From Nitrospirota bacterium (GTDB lineage Bacteria > Nitrospirota > UBA9217), in NCBI GenBank assembly GCA_963751455.1, contig CAVVUN010000012.1:96001-160000 (forward strand): a stretch of DNA of 64,000 nt. Reading direction: 5' to 3'. The translations under genes and the position numbers were made by a program. Below the pieces are notes generated by a model. The model was not told where the DNA came from. It made no database searches and saw only the letters and a program-made list of their open reading frames with translations. Below are positions 40,912 to 52,093 of the stretch, one piece after another; position 1 is the stretch's first letter, and each line of letters opens with the position of its first letter.

Positions 40912-41175
40912 GTCTGTAATGCTCCGCTACCGGATTCAATTCTGTTTTTCAAAGCCCAAAGTCGTACGCTTTCTAACATCGAACATACCGGGGAAAAAAC
41001 ATTTTCGATCTGGGATGAGATGATCAGTAATAATTTAAAAAAGAAAAACATCTTCTTCTTGAGTAATTAGACCATTGCTCCGAAAACATGTCAATAAATC
41101 GAAAGCTGTATCTCTTTGAAAACTATTGAAGCTGCAGAAGTCGATTGGAAAATTCAGAGGTAAGTTTTCCCGAGG

Positions 41176-41901
41176 CTATGCAGAATGTTTTTCATTCACG
41201 TTTGCAACGGCGAGTTCACGAAAACGCATCGCGAGTTCAGGCCCTTTGGCCTCTTCTTCGTGTTTAAAAAACACAAATACCTTCTCCCATTTTTGCGAGA
41301 GGATTCTTTCTCTCCATTCCAAAAGATCCGCATCCGTATAATCGGAACGCCGCAGCCGCAGGTACCCCCACGCTGCCGTACTGATGATTTTATGTGCCGG
41401 ATTCTCATCAGTATCCTCGATACATAAACCGCATCCCTTTTCGTGAAGACGGTCCGCAATTTTATTATCGAACCAGGACTCACTGCGGAACCCGAATGCG
41501 CATGACACGTTGCCCGGAAGGAGATCAAGAAATGCTTTTAGCGCAGGCCCGTCTGCATGAAAGCTCTTGGGAAACTGAAACAGAACAGGACCCAGTTTAC
41601 TGTCCAGGACAGACAGGGACCTGAAGAAGTAACCCGTCTCCGCTTCCACGTTTCGCAAACGCTTGAGGTGCGTTATGACCTGCGGCGCCTTGAGCGCAAA
41701 AATAAAATCACGCGGGACCTGTTCGGCCCAGGAAACGAGGACATTCTCTTTGGGCATGTGATAAAAAGTGTTGTTGATCTCTACCGTGTTGAGGCGTGCG
41801 GAATAGAAACGAAGCATTTCTTTGGGCGAGATCTTTTCGGGGTAGAATTTTCCCTTCCATTCCCTGTATCCGTATCCGCTTGCACCAACATAGATTTTCA
41901 T
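41176..41901 (-). CDS. DUF72-family protein
   Basis: VGASGYGYREW, TVEINNTFY, LGPVLFQFP, YLRLR. Confidence 0.92.
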   Translation of the reverse strand: MKIYVGASGYGYREWKGKFYPEKISPKEMLRFYSARLNTVEINNTFYHMPKENVLVSWAEQVPRDFIFALKAPQVITHLKRLRNVEAETGYFFRSLSVLDSKLGPVLFQFPKSFHADGPALKAFLDLLPGNVSCAFGFRSESWFDNKIADRLHEKGCGLCIEDTDENPAHKIISTAAWGYLRLRRSDYTDADLLEWRERILSQKWEKVFVFFKHEEEAKGPELAMRFRELAVANVNEKHSA

Positions 41902-41935
41902 AGATCACCTTTGAAAAGCCAGAGGACTCTATAAT

Positions 41936-42041
41936 CTCAGATGACACAGATGATCCACAGATAAAGCTATAAGCATGTAATTGCTTATTCTTTTCTTCTT
42001 CATAATCTTTTAAATCTGCTTAATCTGCGTTACCTGCGGAC
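41936..42041. repeat. Periodic palindromic element (CACAGAT / ATCTGCG units)
   Basis: CTCAGATGACACAGATGATCCACAGAT ... ATCTGCTTAATCTGCGTTACCTGCGGA. Confidence 0.65.
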
Positions 42042-42509
42042 AAAACCTGTCATGTCTTTTTTTTAAAAATGATGCGGTCCAAGGATGTCCTTCCCGGCCA
42101 GGCAACCAGCAGAAGGAGCGCGATCAACAGGTACGCGGCTGCAAGTTCATACATAATTCAAGTTTATCACACACAATCGAGCAACGAAAAAGGGACGGAA
42201 GTAACAGAAGCATAAGGTATTTTATTTTGAGAATGCAATATGGCGGATTGAGTTTTAAGGTCTGCGAGCAATACTTCAGACAAAGAGATTTTCAACCATC
42301 GGGAGGAGAAAGCACGGAGCACGTTAACGCCGTCGACAATGGATAAATGCCGACCTCAAACGTCAGTTAGCGGACGGATATGGGCGGCAGAAACCGCAGT
42401 TTCTGCCGCCTTTTCCGCTGTTTCGAGTTTTTCCAAAAGAAGAATTTTGTATGACAGGGAGAAGCCAAATATGAATATTGATCATGATGTTTTCAAGCTG
42501 CCGCGCTTT

Positions 42510-42842
42510 TTAATATTGTCTACGGCCTCTGCCGCCGTAGCCGCTGCCGCCCCGATGGTCTCTGTCACCCCCGAAGCCTGAGCCGCCGCGCGGCTTCTGC
42601 GGTTTTGCTTCGTTAACCGTAAGGTTTCGCTCCATGAAGGCGACGCCATTCATGGCCGAAATCGCCTTATCTCCGTCCTCATCAGATCCCATTTCCACAA
42701 AAGCGAAGCCCTTGGACCTGCCGTTTGTCGGGTCGACAATGAGCTTTGTAGATACTACCTCTCCGATCTTTGCAAATGCCTCCGTCAAATCCTGTTCCGT
42801 TGTCTGGTACGACAAATTCCCTACATAAAGTTTCTTGGCCAT
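42510..42842 (-). CDS. RRM RNA-binding protein with Gly-rich tail
   Basis: RNP2 LYVGNL, RNP1 KGFAFVEM. Confidence 0.95.
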   Translation of the reverse strand: MAKKLYVGNLSYQTTEQDLTEAFAKIGEVVSTKLIVDPTNGRSKGFAFVEMGSDEDGDKAISAMNGVAFMERNLTVNEAKPQKPRGGSGFGGDRDHRGGSGYGGRGRRQY

Positions 42843-42928
42843 TTTTTCTCCCTAACGTTTGTTTGGTTTTTTGTTGTTTGCAATAAGGTGAAGTCCGTTC
42901 CCGGGATGTTCTCCGGATCCCGGTGTTC

Positions 42929-44293
42929 TCACCAGCTCCGCTTCCGTTTCGCAACATGTGTCCCGTAATCTGCTGCTTTGCCGCCTTCCTTCCTGGCACG
43001 GCGAGTTTCATCCCGAGAATAGCCGCTTGCATCGCGTGACCGCCTTCCGGAGGTTGAGGCGCCCGGCTTTGAGAAGGAACCCGGTTTAGCCGTCCGTCTG
43101 CCGGCAAAGGCCGCCGGCCTTCCCGCGCTGACACCGGCCTTCACCGGCCGGAGGGCATATTTCGGCTCGAGACCCGGTATCACAAACCGCGGAACGGCCT
43201 GCCCGATGAACCGTTCAATCCTGTTCAGCAAATCGAGCTCCCTGCCCGACACAAACGAGATTGCTATGCCGGACGCGCCCGCCCTGCCGGTCCGGCCGAT
43301 CCGATGGACGTAATCCTCGGCATTTTTCGGCAGATCGTAGTTTATCACATGGCTTATCCCGATAACATCGATGCCCCGCGCAGCGACATCGGTTGCGACC
43401 AGCACCCGCACTCTTCCCTGGCGCATCTTGGTGATTGCCCGGTTTCGCGCGTTCTGGCTCAAATCCCCGTGAAGGGCCTCAACCGTGTGCCCCTGCTCCG
43501 CGAGTTCGCGTGCAAGCTGGTCCGCGTGCCGTTTGGTCCCGGAAAAGACGAGCGCCCGGGTGACAGCCTTGTCCCCGATGATGTGATTGAGCATTCTGCT
43601 CTTGTGCTGCATGTCGTCCGCGACATGGAGGCGCTGGTCGATCTGTTCCAGCGTCGCTTTTTTTCCGGCAATCTCTATTCTGAGCGGTTCCTTCATGAGG
43701 CGCCCGGCGAGCGAGGCCATGGTTTTGTCCCACGTAGCCGTGAACAGGAGCGTCTGGCGCATGGCCGGTGTCGCCGCTGCTATGGATGTGACAGCGTCGC
43801 TGAACCCCATATCAAGCATCCGGTCTGCTTCATCAAGGACCAGAAGTTCGAGGCGGGAAAAATTGATCCGGCCGCGTTCCATGTGGTCGATGAGCCTTCC
43901 CGGCGTCGCGACGATCATGTCCACGGGCTGCGACAGGAGCCGCTGCTGTTCAAAATAAGGCATGCCGCCGAGGATCACGCCGCTCTTGATCCGCATGAAC
44001 TTTCCGTAGACGCGTGTCGCGTCCGTCACCTGGTTCGCCAGTTCGCGGGTCGGGGTAAGCACGAGCACGCGCGGGCCTTTGCCTCGCCCCGTTGACGGCG
44101 TACTCAGGCGCTGCAGTGCAGGCAAAACGAACGCCGCGGTCTTGCCGGTTCCGGTCTGCGCCGATGCGATCAGGTCATGGCCTTCCAGCGCCTTGGGGAT
44201 CGCCTGCTGCTGGATCGGTGTGGGTGCGGTGTAGCCGCACAGATTAATTGCTTTAAGAATGGATGGAACAAGTTGAAAGTGTGAAAATGACAT
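42929..44293 (-). CDS. DEAD-box RNA helicase (RhlE-like)
   Basis: AQTGTGKT, PTRELA, DEAD, HRIGRTGR; RBS GAAAGGA before MSFSHF. Confidence 0.96.
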   Translation of the reverse strand: MSFSHFQLVPSILKAINLCGYTAPTPIQQQAIPKALEGHDLIASAQTGTGKTAAFVLPALQRLSTPSTGRGKGPRVLVLTPTRELANQVTDATRVYGKFMRIKSGVILGGMPYFEQQRLLSQPVDMIVATPGRLIDHMERGRINFSRLELLVLDEADRMLDMGFSDAVTSIAAATPAMRQTLLFTATWDKTMASLAGRLMKEPLRIEIAGKKATLEQIDQRLHVADDMQHKSRMLNHIIGDKAVTRALVFSGTKRHADQLARELAEQGHTVEALHGDLSQNARNRAITKMRQGRVRVLVATDVAARGIDVIGISHVINYDLPKNAEDYVHRIGRTGRAGASGIAISFVSGRELDLLNRIERFIGQAVPRFVIPGLEPKYALRPVKAGVSAGRPAAFAGRRTAKPGSFSKPGASTSGRRSRDASGYSRDETRRARKEGGKAADYGTHVAKRKRSW

Positions 44294-44829
44294 GTATTCC
44301 TTTCGTCGTAATACAGCACTGTTATTGCAGGGTTTTCTCGCGGGAAAATAGCATCCGTGAGCCAGTGGCAAAGGGTTGGCGTGCGGGCCGCAGGGACACA
44401 CCTGTATCCCTGAACATGGACGGCAACAGCACAGAACGGCACTCGGCGCCCGCCTGAACGGGGTCCTGAAGTGCTCGACCGGCAAACACATCGTTCGCCA
44501 ACCATGGATGCCTGCGCTATTTCAAAAAGGGAACTGAAAGCAAGGAGGGTGGAGATCGATGAAATTCGATGGCGGTATTTGATCCGAATTCCCGCCGTTA
44601 TATTGAACAGTCGACCCATTATACAGATTCAAGGATAAATAGCAAGGTTTTTTTACAACATGCAATTCAGCCTGTTTATGAGCATCCTGGATATGGCTGA
44701 AGCGTACGAATACTTTTGTCCGGTCTTGATTTTTTTACCACAGACATTTGCCTGAACAATGCTGATATATTCATAGCAGGGATCACAATCTGCCCTGTTG
44801 TTTACAGCGCGGATCTGAAATGAACAGGC

Positions 44830-46341
44830 GTGGCGACAGCCTATTTCAACCACAGGAGGAAAGTGTTGAACTGGGGACTCACTATAACCGAGAGCCTGAT
44901 CTCAGAAGTCATACCCGAAGAGTATGCCGGATACCGCGCTCCAATACGGGAATCCCTGATCTTCTTTCTTGAGGGACTTTCCGCGGCTCGCCAGGCGGAG
45001 ATCCTCGAAAGCCAGATTTCTCTCCCGGCCGCCGCTATTGCCCCTGAAAGAATCTCCCTGCTGGCCAAAAGCTGCCCGTCATTGCACAAACTGGGACAAT
45101 CGCTGGCAAGAGACGACCGCCTTTCGCCCGAATTGAGAAAACACTTGCAGCGGCTTGAGTCGCTTCCTCCTTCTCTTCCTTTGGAGGCCGTTCAAGACAT
45201 AGTGACGCGGGAACTCGGCCCTCCCGACAGTCTCGGCATCGAGATATTGCCCGCCATAGCCGAGGCCAGCGTCGCAATCGTTGTTCCGTTCACGGTCAAT
45301 CGAGTTCAGAAGGAAAGCGGCCGGGAAGGGGTTTTGAAGCTGCTGAAGCCGGAGATCAAGGAACGCCTTGAAGAAGAATTGGAAATGTTGGAGCGAACAG
45401 GCTCGTATCTGGATCAGAAGATCGGAGAGTTTCAAATTCCGCGAATAAATTACCGGGAAACTTTTGAACATGTCCGCACCAAACTCCTCTGCGAAGTCCG
45501 CCTCGAGCTCGAGCAGCAAAACCTTACGCGCGCTCGTGCTATCTACTCTGACGAACCCAAGGTCCTGGTCCCTGCCCTTTTCCGGGAATATTGCACTCCG
45601 CGGGTTACAGCCATGGAAAGGGTCAGAGGCAAAAAGATCACCGAGCCGGATATTTCACAAAAATGGGGAAAAAGGCGCCTGGCCGAACTTATAATAAGCG
45701 AGCTGATCATACGCCCGATCTTTTCGAATGAAAGCACCGACCTGTTCCACGGCGATCCCCACCCGGGAAATCTTTTCCTGAGCGAGGATGACCGGCTGGC
45801 AATTCTGGACTGGAGCCTCACTGGCTCGCTCAGCGAACAGGAGCACGTCGCGTTTACGGCAATCATCCTGGGTGCTCTGACGCTTCGCCCCGGACGGATC
45901 GAAGCCGCTCTCGAGGAATTGTCCGATAACCGGAATTTCGACCGTCAGGCCCTCGGACGGGTTGTCGGCTCCTCCATCAGGGAAATCAGAAAAGGCAGGG
46001 TCCCGGGATTGAACTGGATGACCTCCATGCTTGATGAGGCGGTAAAGACTTCCGGGCTTCGCTTCGGACCGGATCTGCTTTTGTTCCGGCGGGTAATCCA
46101 TGTTCTGAACGGGATTATAGCGGACATCGGCGGAGAGCCCGGCATGGTTGATGAGGTGCTGATCCGGAAATTCATCGGATCCTTCATGCTCGAATGGCCG
46201 TTCCGCTGGCTGGCCGCGCCGGATTCACGCGAATTTGCGACCCGCCTTTCAAATGCGGATATAACAGAATTGATGCTCAGCCTGCCCTGGACCACTGCAC
46301 GGTTCTGGCTCGGGCGGGACATTGAGCCATCACGCAGTTGA
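44830..46341 (+). CDS. ABC1/UbiB (AarF) atypical kinase family protein
   Basis: KLGQ, AEASVA, FHGDPHPGNL, ILDW. Confidence 0.88.
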   Translation: MATAYFNHRRKVLNWGLTITESLISEVIPEEYAGYRAPIRESLIFFLEGLSAARQAEILESQISLPAAAIAPERISLLAKSCPSLHKLGQSLARDDRLSPELRKHLQRLESLPPSLPLEAVQDIVTRELGPPDSLGIEILPAIAEASVAIVVPFTVNRVQKESGREGVLKLLKPEIKERLEEELEMLERTGSYLDQKIGEFQIPRINYRETFEHVRTKLLCEVRLELEQQNLTRARAIYSDEPKVLVPALFREYCTPRVTAMERVRGKKITEPDISQKWGKRRLAELIISELIIRPIFSNESTDLFHGDPHPGNLFLSEDDRLAILDWSLTGSLSEQEHVAFTAIILGALTLRPGRIEAALEELSDNRNFDRQALGRVVGSSIREIRKGRVPGLNWMTSMLDEAVKTSGLRFGPDLLLFRRVIHVLNGIIADIGGEPGMVDEVLIRKFIGSFMLEWPFRWLAAPDSREFATRLSNADITELMLSLPWTTARFWLGRDIEPSRS

Positions 46342-46455
46342 AATCGCAACTGCTCGCGCAAAGCCGCAAATTGTTGAGTTTAAAATAATTCACCGATTTT
46401 TGACGCGGCCTTTTTAATTTTTCTCTGGTTCAATGGCAAAAATCTAAAAGTTTTT

Positions 46456-46530
46456 GCCACGGATTAATACGGATTGGCACAGATTAGAGAAGAACAATAC
46501 CTTTGATTTCATCCGTGTTCATCCGTGGTT
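46456..46530. repeat. Periodic palindromic element (CACGGAT / ATCCGTG units)
   Basis: GCCACGGATTAATACGGATTGGCACAGAT ... ATCCGTGTTCATCCGTGG; same unit as in the MITE arms. Confidence 0.65.
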
Positions 46531-46545
46531 ACAAGGAATCTTTCT

Positions 46546-47373
46546 ATGCGATTAACCCTGAAGTCGACCGTAAAATTGAACAACGGCAGCTTCATGCCCT
46601 TGCTCGGTCTGGGTGTTTACCTTCTGCCTCCCGGTGAAGAAACGTATCATGCTGTAAAAACGGCTCTCGAAACCGGTTACCGTCTTGTGGATACCGCTGC
46701 TTTGTACGGAAATGAAGAGGACGTGGGGAGGGCGGTACGCGACGGCAACATCCGGAGGGAAGAGGTCTTTATCACCACCAAGCTCTGGAACGGCGACCAG
46801 GGCTATGAGTCCGCGATGCAGGCCTTCGAGGCTTCGCTCGACCGCCTGGGACTGGGCTATATCGATCTCTACCTGATCCATTTTCCGGTGCCTGACCTGC
46901 GTCGGGAAAGCTGGCGCGCACTCGGGAAGCTCCTGGAAAGCGGCAGGGTCCGTGCAATAGGGGTGAGCAACTACACTGTGCGCCATTTGAAAGAGCTTCT
47001 TGGTCAATCGGCCGTCGTGCCTGCCGTCAACCAGGTCGAATTCAGCCCCTTTCTTTATCAGCGTGAGCTGCTTGAGTTCTGCCGAAAGAGCCGTATCCAG
47101 CTCGAAGCGTACGCTCCTCTGACCGCGGGCGAACGCCTCCAGGATTCGCGTATTACAGCGATTGCAAAGAAGCATGGCCGCACCAACGCTCAAGTGCTGC
47201 TTCGCTGGGCAATCCAGCACGAGGTCGTCGCCATTCCCAAGTCGGCTCATGCCGGGAGGATCGCCGAGAATGCCCGGATCTTCGATTTCGAACTTACGAA
47301 CGAGGAGATCGTTGAGCTCGACAGCCTCGACGATGGGTTTCGCAGTTCCTGGGACCCGACGACGGCGCCGTAG
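46546..47373 (+). CDS. Aldo/keto reductase
   Basis: DTAALYGNE, TTKLWN, DLYLIH, IGVSNY, IPKS. Confidence 0.96.
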   Translation: MRLTLKSTVKLNNGSFMPLLGLGVYLLPPGEETYHAVKTALETGYRLVDTAALYGNEEDVGRAVRDGNIRREEVFITTKLWNGDQGYESAMQAFEASLDRLGLGYIDLYLIHFPVPDLRRESWRALGKLLESGRVRAIGVSNYTVRHLKELLGQSAVVPAVNQVEFSPFLYQRELLEFCRKSRIQLEAYAPLTAGERLQDSRITAIAKKHGRTNAQVLLRWAIQHEVVAIPKSAHAGRIAENARIFDFELTNEEIVELDSLDDGFRSSWDPTTAP

Positions 47374-47422
47374 AAGCTGTCAATAAGGGTATTGCCATTT
47401 TTGGGAAAGAAAGGAAAAAACC

Positions 47423-47914
47423 ATGAACATCGAGATCTCCGACAACGAATACCGAGACCTCCTGGACATCCTGCACATTGCCGACGTGGTCATGTCCGGA
47501 CACCGGAAAGGACAGCACAAGCGGACCGAGCGGCACCGCGCACTCATCCAGAAGTTCTATTCCCTCGCAGCGGGAAGGGGTCTTGATTGGCTGATCAGCT
47601 ATAACGAGAATCTGAATAAATATATCTCTACCGCTGAATTCGAGGAAAGCAGCCCAGCGCATGCGATGATCGATGAGTTCGGGGACCACGTCTTCTGGGA
47701 TGAACTGATCTCCCGGTTATCCACGCGGGACGCGGCGCAGACTGTTGGCGGAATCGAGCGCTTCAATGCAATGACAGACAGCGAGCGTCAGCACCTTGAA
47801 GGACCCATCCGCCAGCGATATCTCGAGGAATTCGCAGCAAGTGGTGTAGCCAACCTGGCGGTCATCGAAGGCTTCAGCGCCGGCGCAGGACTACCGGTCA
47901 AGACGTCGGATTAA
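47423..47914 (+). CDS. Hypothetical protein
   Basis: RBS AAGGA; 163-aa ORF co-oriented with the reductase. Confidence 0.7.
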   Translation: MNIEISDNEYRDLLDILHIADVVMSGHRKGQHKRTERHRALIQKFYSLAAGRGLDWLISYNENLNKYISTAEFEESSPAHAMIDEFGDHVFWDELISRLSTRDAAQTVGGIERFNAMTDSERQHLEGPIRQRYLEEFAASGVANLAVIEGFSAGAGLPVKTSD

Positions 47915-47932
47915 TCTCGTCGAGCGGCTTTT

Positions 47933-50461
47933 TTACCTTTTTGCCAGCAATTTACTGAGCTCGTCGGCGGGCAATGCCTTGCTGAAGAAATATCCCTGCG
48001 CTTCATCGCACTCCGCGGCCACCAGGAATGCCAGCTGCTCCTCTGTTTCCACTCCCTCCGCAATCACCTTCATCCGGAGTTTGTGAGCCATGGCCGTTAC
48101 CGCGCTGATAATCGCCCTGTCGTCCGGCTCCGTTGCAATATCCCGGATAAACGTCTGGTCGATCTTGAGTTTTTGGATGGACAGCCGTTTAAGGTAATTC
48201 AATGACGAGTATCCTGTCCCGAAATCGTCGATGGAAGTATGAACGCCCATGTCCGCAAACTCGTTCAGACGTTTCATGGTGCGCTCTATGTTGCTCATCG
48301 CGAGGCTTTCGGTGATCTCTACATCTAGGTATCGCGGGGAGGCGCCGGCCTCCTGCAATGTTCGCGCTACTTTCGTCACCAGTTCCGGGTCATCAAACTC
48401 TCGTGCGGAGAGATTGACCGTAATACACACAGGGGTCAGGCCGGCGTCCTGCCACGCCCGTATCTGGGCACAGGCGCTTTTGAGAACGTATTCGTCAATC
48501 GAGGTGATGAATCCGGAGTCTTCAGCGGCATGGATAAACTGCATAGGCAGAAGGAGTCCCATTTCCGGGTGCCTCCAGCGCACAAGGGCCTCTGCGCACA
48601 CGATCTGCCGCGTTCGAATCTCGACTTGCGGCTGATAGTACACGACAAGCTCTTCCCGGTCGATTGCCTGCCGGAGCATGCTTTCCAGTCTTACCGTTTC
48701 AACCGAGCGCATATTGATTTCCGAATTAAAGAACTGAAAGTTGTTCCTGCCGAGCATTTTTGCATGGTACATTGCGATATCGGCGTACCGGTAGAGCGTG
48801 TCCATCTCGGTGCTGTCGTCGGGGTAGATGCTGATTCCGATACTGGCCGTGCTGAGCAGCTCCAGGCCCGCGACCCGGACGGGTTTTCGCAGCGATTCGA
48901 TGATTTTTTGGCCGATGATCGTTACATCCTCAGCTCGGGGGATATCCGTGAGCAGGATGTTGAATTCGTCCCCGCCAATGCGGGCCGCGCCATCCGACTC
49001 TCTGATTGCGGCTTTCAGCCGTTTGGAAACCTCTTTGAGCAGTTCGTCGCCGGCGTCATGGCCGAAGGTGTCGTTGATTTCCTTGAACCGGTCGAGATCA
49101 AGAAAGAAAAGCGCAAGCTTGTTCCGCATCCGGCGCGCCTGCGCGAGCTCAAGTCGCATCATGTTATTGAAAAGCAGCCTGTTCGGCAGGCCGGTGAGGG
49201 CATCGTGATGGGCCAGATGAATAATGTCCTCTTCCAGCTTTTTTCGTCCGGTGATATCGACATTCGTGCCGATCATGCGGGCGGGCGTGCCGTCTCCCAG
49301 GTAGGTGAACCGGGCATTGCCTTTCATCCAGCGGGTCTCTCCGTCAGCGCGGATGCAGCGATATTCGAACTCGGCCTGCGTGCGGCGCTCCTGCATCCAT
49401 TTTTGAAATTGGGCTTCCAGTTTGGGGAGGTCGTCGCGATGAACGCGCCGTGCCCAGTCTGCATAATCTCCCTGGTAACTGCCGTGAGGAAGTCCGAATA
49501 ATTCTTCCATCTGCTCGGTCCAGACCGCCCTGCGGTTGATCAGATCCACGTCGAATACACCCACACCCCCCGCACTCTCGGCCAGAGCGAGGCGCTCTTC
49601 GCTTTCCCGCAGGTTTTTTTCCGTCTGTTTCCGCTCCTCTATTTCAATCTTGAGCTGTTCATTGGCCCGAATGAGATCAGAGGTCCGTTCCCTGACCACG
49701 TTTTCGAGATGGTCCTGATGCGCTCTGAGCTCGGCTTCTGCCTGCAACTTCGCTTCAATTTCGGATAAGAGCTTTGCCCTTGCGTTCTGCAGAACTTCTA
49801 TCATCTCCCTGTTCTCGAACCTCAGCAGCAGCGAAGTCCTGTGGACCAGGTGGTGGCGCCTGGATATCCTCCAGAGAAAAACGCCGTAAAATGAGAGCAT
49901 CCCTCCCATTGCGTAATGAAAAACGTCCCCTATAAGAAAAAACCGGATGGCGAGCGGCGCCAGGGCCGGAACGCTGAAGGCGAGATACCCCTCTTTCATC
50001 ACGGAAAAGGTTGCGGCCGCTCCAGCAGCCATGCCGCCCAGCACAAACGCGATAAAGACCTGATGCGTGAGAGAGAGCCCTGAAAAAGGAAAGACGCCGA
50101 TGCTCCCCCACACCACACCGGTGAGAAACAACCCGGCGATGAAGCGATTTCCCCATATGCGCGCGGCAGCCGGCCCGGCGCCGACTCGGCGGTAGCGCAG
50201 CACGAGTCCTATTCTCACAAGTGTAACCGTTAACAATGCCAGAAGCCATGCGGTCAAAATTCCGCGCGGCATCGCATTGCTCGTGAGGAAGTAGACGATC
50301 AGAGAATTGATGATGGTCGCTATGAATCCGAAAGGCGAAAGGCCGTAGATCTGCCGTACCTGTTCCGCTAGGATCTCTTCTTCCTGAACATCCCGATTCT
50401 GAACGGGTATCTCTCCGGCGATTTGACGGCGATCCATTGTATCCTCTGGTACATTCGACAT
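47933..50461 (-). CDS. Membrane PAS-GGDEF-EAL diguanylate cyclase/phosphodiesterase
   Basis: N-terminal TMs, PAS, HDALTGLPNR, GGDEF, EAL, DDFGTGYSS. Confidence 0.95.
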   Translation of the reverse strand: MSNVPEDTMDRRQIAGEIPVQNRDVQEEEILAEQVRQIYGLSPFGFIATIINSLIVYFLTSNAMPRGILTAWLLALLTVTLVRIGLVLRYRRVGAGPAAARIWGNRFIAGLFLTGVVWGSIGVFPFSGLSLTHQVFIAFVLGGMAAGAAATFSVMKEGYLAFSVPALAPLAIRFFLIGDVFHYAMGGMLSFYGVFLWRISRRHHLVHRTSLLLRFENREMIEVLQNARAKLLSEIEAKLQAEAELRAHQDHLENVVRERTSDLIRANEQLKIEIEERKQTEKNLRESEERLALAESAGGVGVFDVDLINRRAVWTEQMEELFGLPHGSYQGDYADWARRVHRDDLPKLEAQFQKWMQERRTQAEFEYRCIRADGETRWMKGNARFTYLGDGTPARMIGTNVDITGRKKLEEDIIHLAHHDALTGLPNRLLFNNMMRLELAQARRMRNKLALFFLDLDRFKEINDTFGHDAGDELLKEVSKRLKAAIRESDGAARIGGDEFNILLTDIPRAEDVTIIGQKIIESLRKPVRVAGLELLSTASIGISIYPDDSTEMDTLYRYADIAMYHAKMLGRNNFQFFNSEINMRSVETVRLESMLRQAIDREELVVYYQPQVEIRTRQIVCAEALVRWRHPEMGLLLPMQFIHAAEDSGFITSIDEYVLKSACAQIRAWQDAGLTPVCITVNLSAREFDDPELVTKVARTLQEAGASPRYLDVEITESLAMSNIERTMKRLNEFADMGVHTSIDDFGTGYSSLNYLKRLSIQKLKIDQTFIRDIATEPDDRAIISAVTAMAHKLRMKVIAEGVETEEQLAFLVAAECDEAQGYFFSKALPADELSKLLAKR

Positions 50462-50741
50462 GCGAACAGCTTTTCTCTTCTCATTACATTTTATCAGCGC
50501 TGCTTCCAATAGTCACCTTTCTCGCCGGCATAAGGCTTTCGGTTGCGAAACAAGCATCGGCTGGCGCTATTCAATCAGCCTTTTGCTTTAGGATTGCGGA
50601 CCTCCGTATCGACTGATAATTTTTTTGTGGCATAATAATTATAAAGATCATCCGTGGAAATAGGATAATTGTATCGAAAAGAACTGACGTTGTCCTTGTC
50701 TCTCGGAATAACTCTAAGGGGGTTGATCTAATGGGGGCATT

Positions 50742-52070
50742 ATGCGAATGAAAAATATCATCGAAAAGGGCTGCATCCCGGCGATCATATGCGGCCTGAC
50801 AATCATCGCCGGCGCCGCTTACGGCTCCGGATTCACCCTTATGGAGCAGAGCGTCAAAGGCTTGGGGAATGCCTATGCGGGCGGAGCTGCAGCTTCTGAA
50901 GATGCCTCCACCATCTTCTACAATCCTGCAGGTCTTACCCGCCTCCCCGGCTCTGAGTTCATCGGCGGCATCCATGCCCTCATCCCTTACGCAAAGTTCA
51001 GGAACGAAGGCTCCGTCCATGCATCGGGTCTGCCGTTGACCGGGGCCGATGGAGGCAATGCCGGCATTACTGCATTGGTGCCTAATCTCTACTACAGCAA
51101 CCGGGTAAACGATCGGTTGAGTGCGGGGCTCGGTGTCTTCGTTCCTTTTGGATTGAACACAGAGTACGATTCCTCCTGGGTAGGCCGTTACCATGCTGTG
51201 AAGTCGGACTTGAAGACAGTGAACATCAATCCGGCTGCAGGCTACCGGCTGACAGAAAAGCTCAGCGTCGGCGCCGGTCTGGACCTCCAGTATGTCAAAG
51301 CAGAGTTGAGCAATGCAATCGACTTCGGCACGATCTTCGGCTCGCTCGGAGTGCCGGGCATGGCTCCGCAGGGAAATGACGGCTTTGTCAAACTGAAGGC
51401 AGACAGCTGGTCGTGGGGATACAATGTGGGAGTTCTTTATGAATTTACAGAAGATACACGGACCGGCATCGCATACCGTTCGCGCATCAAACAGAAACTG
51501 GACGGCGATGCGGACTTTTCAGGAGTGCCCTCTCCCAATCCCACAGGTCGGTTTCTGGATACAGGAATAAAAGCCGATGAAACCCTGCCCGACTCTCTCT
51601 CACTCAGCCATTGGCATAACTTCACAAAAGAGTTTGCCGCCATGGCCGATATCACCTGGACCAACTGGAGTACGTTCGACGAGCTGCGGATCAGGTTCGA
51701 CAATCCGCTCGAGAGCGATGCGGTCACAACCTCTCAGTGGAAAGACAGCTTCCGCTACGCCATAGGCGCAGTTTACATGCCCGGGCGCTGGACCTTCCGC
51801 GCGGGTGCGGCGTATGACAAGACTCCGGTGCCCGACGCCGCGCACCGCACGCCACGCATCCCCGACGGCGACCGCACCTGGCTGGCCTTCGGTCTCGGTT
51901 ACAAACTCACGGAAAAAGCGTCCCTGGATATGGGCTACGCCCACCTCTTCGTTAAGGATTCTGAGATAAGGAAAACGCCTGCAGGCGAGGATCAGCTGCG
52001 CGGCGGCCTTTCCGGTTCATATGAAAGTAAAGCGGACATTATCAGCGGTCAGGTGTCCTGGGTTTTTTAA
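50742..52070 (+). CDS. FadL/OmpP1 outer-membrane transporter
   Basis: GNAYAG, YNPAG, PFGL, RTPRIPDGDR, terminal Phe. Confidence 0.93.
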   Translation: MRMKNIIEKGCIPAIICGLTIIAGAAYGSGFTLMEQSVKGLGNAYAGGAAASEDASTIFYNPAGLTRLPGSEFIGGIHALIPYAKFRNEGSVHASGLPLTGADGGNAGITALVPNLYYSNRVNDRLSAGLGVFVPFGLNTEYDSSWVGRYHAVKSDLKTVNINPAAGYRLTEKLSVGAGLDLQYVKAELSNAIDFGTIFGSLGVPGMAPQGNDGFVKLKADSWSWGYNVGVLYEFTEDTRTGIAYRSRIKQKLDGDADFSGVPSPNPTGRFLDTGIKADETLPDSLSLSHWHNFTKEFAAMADITWTNWSTFDELRIRFDNPLESDAVTTSQWKDSFRYAIGAVYMPGRWTFRAGAAYDKTPVPDAAHRTPRIPDGDRTWLAFGLGYKLTEKASLDMGYAHLFVKDSEIRKTPAGEDQLRGGLSGSYESKADIISGQVSWVF

Positions 52071-52093
52071 AGGAAGAGCATGATGGTTTCAGG

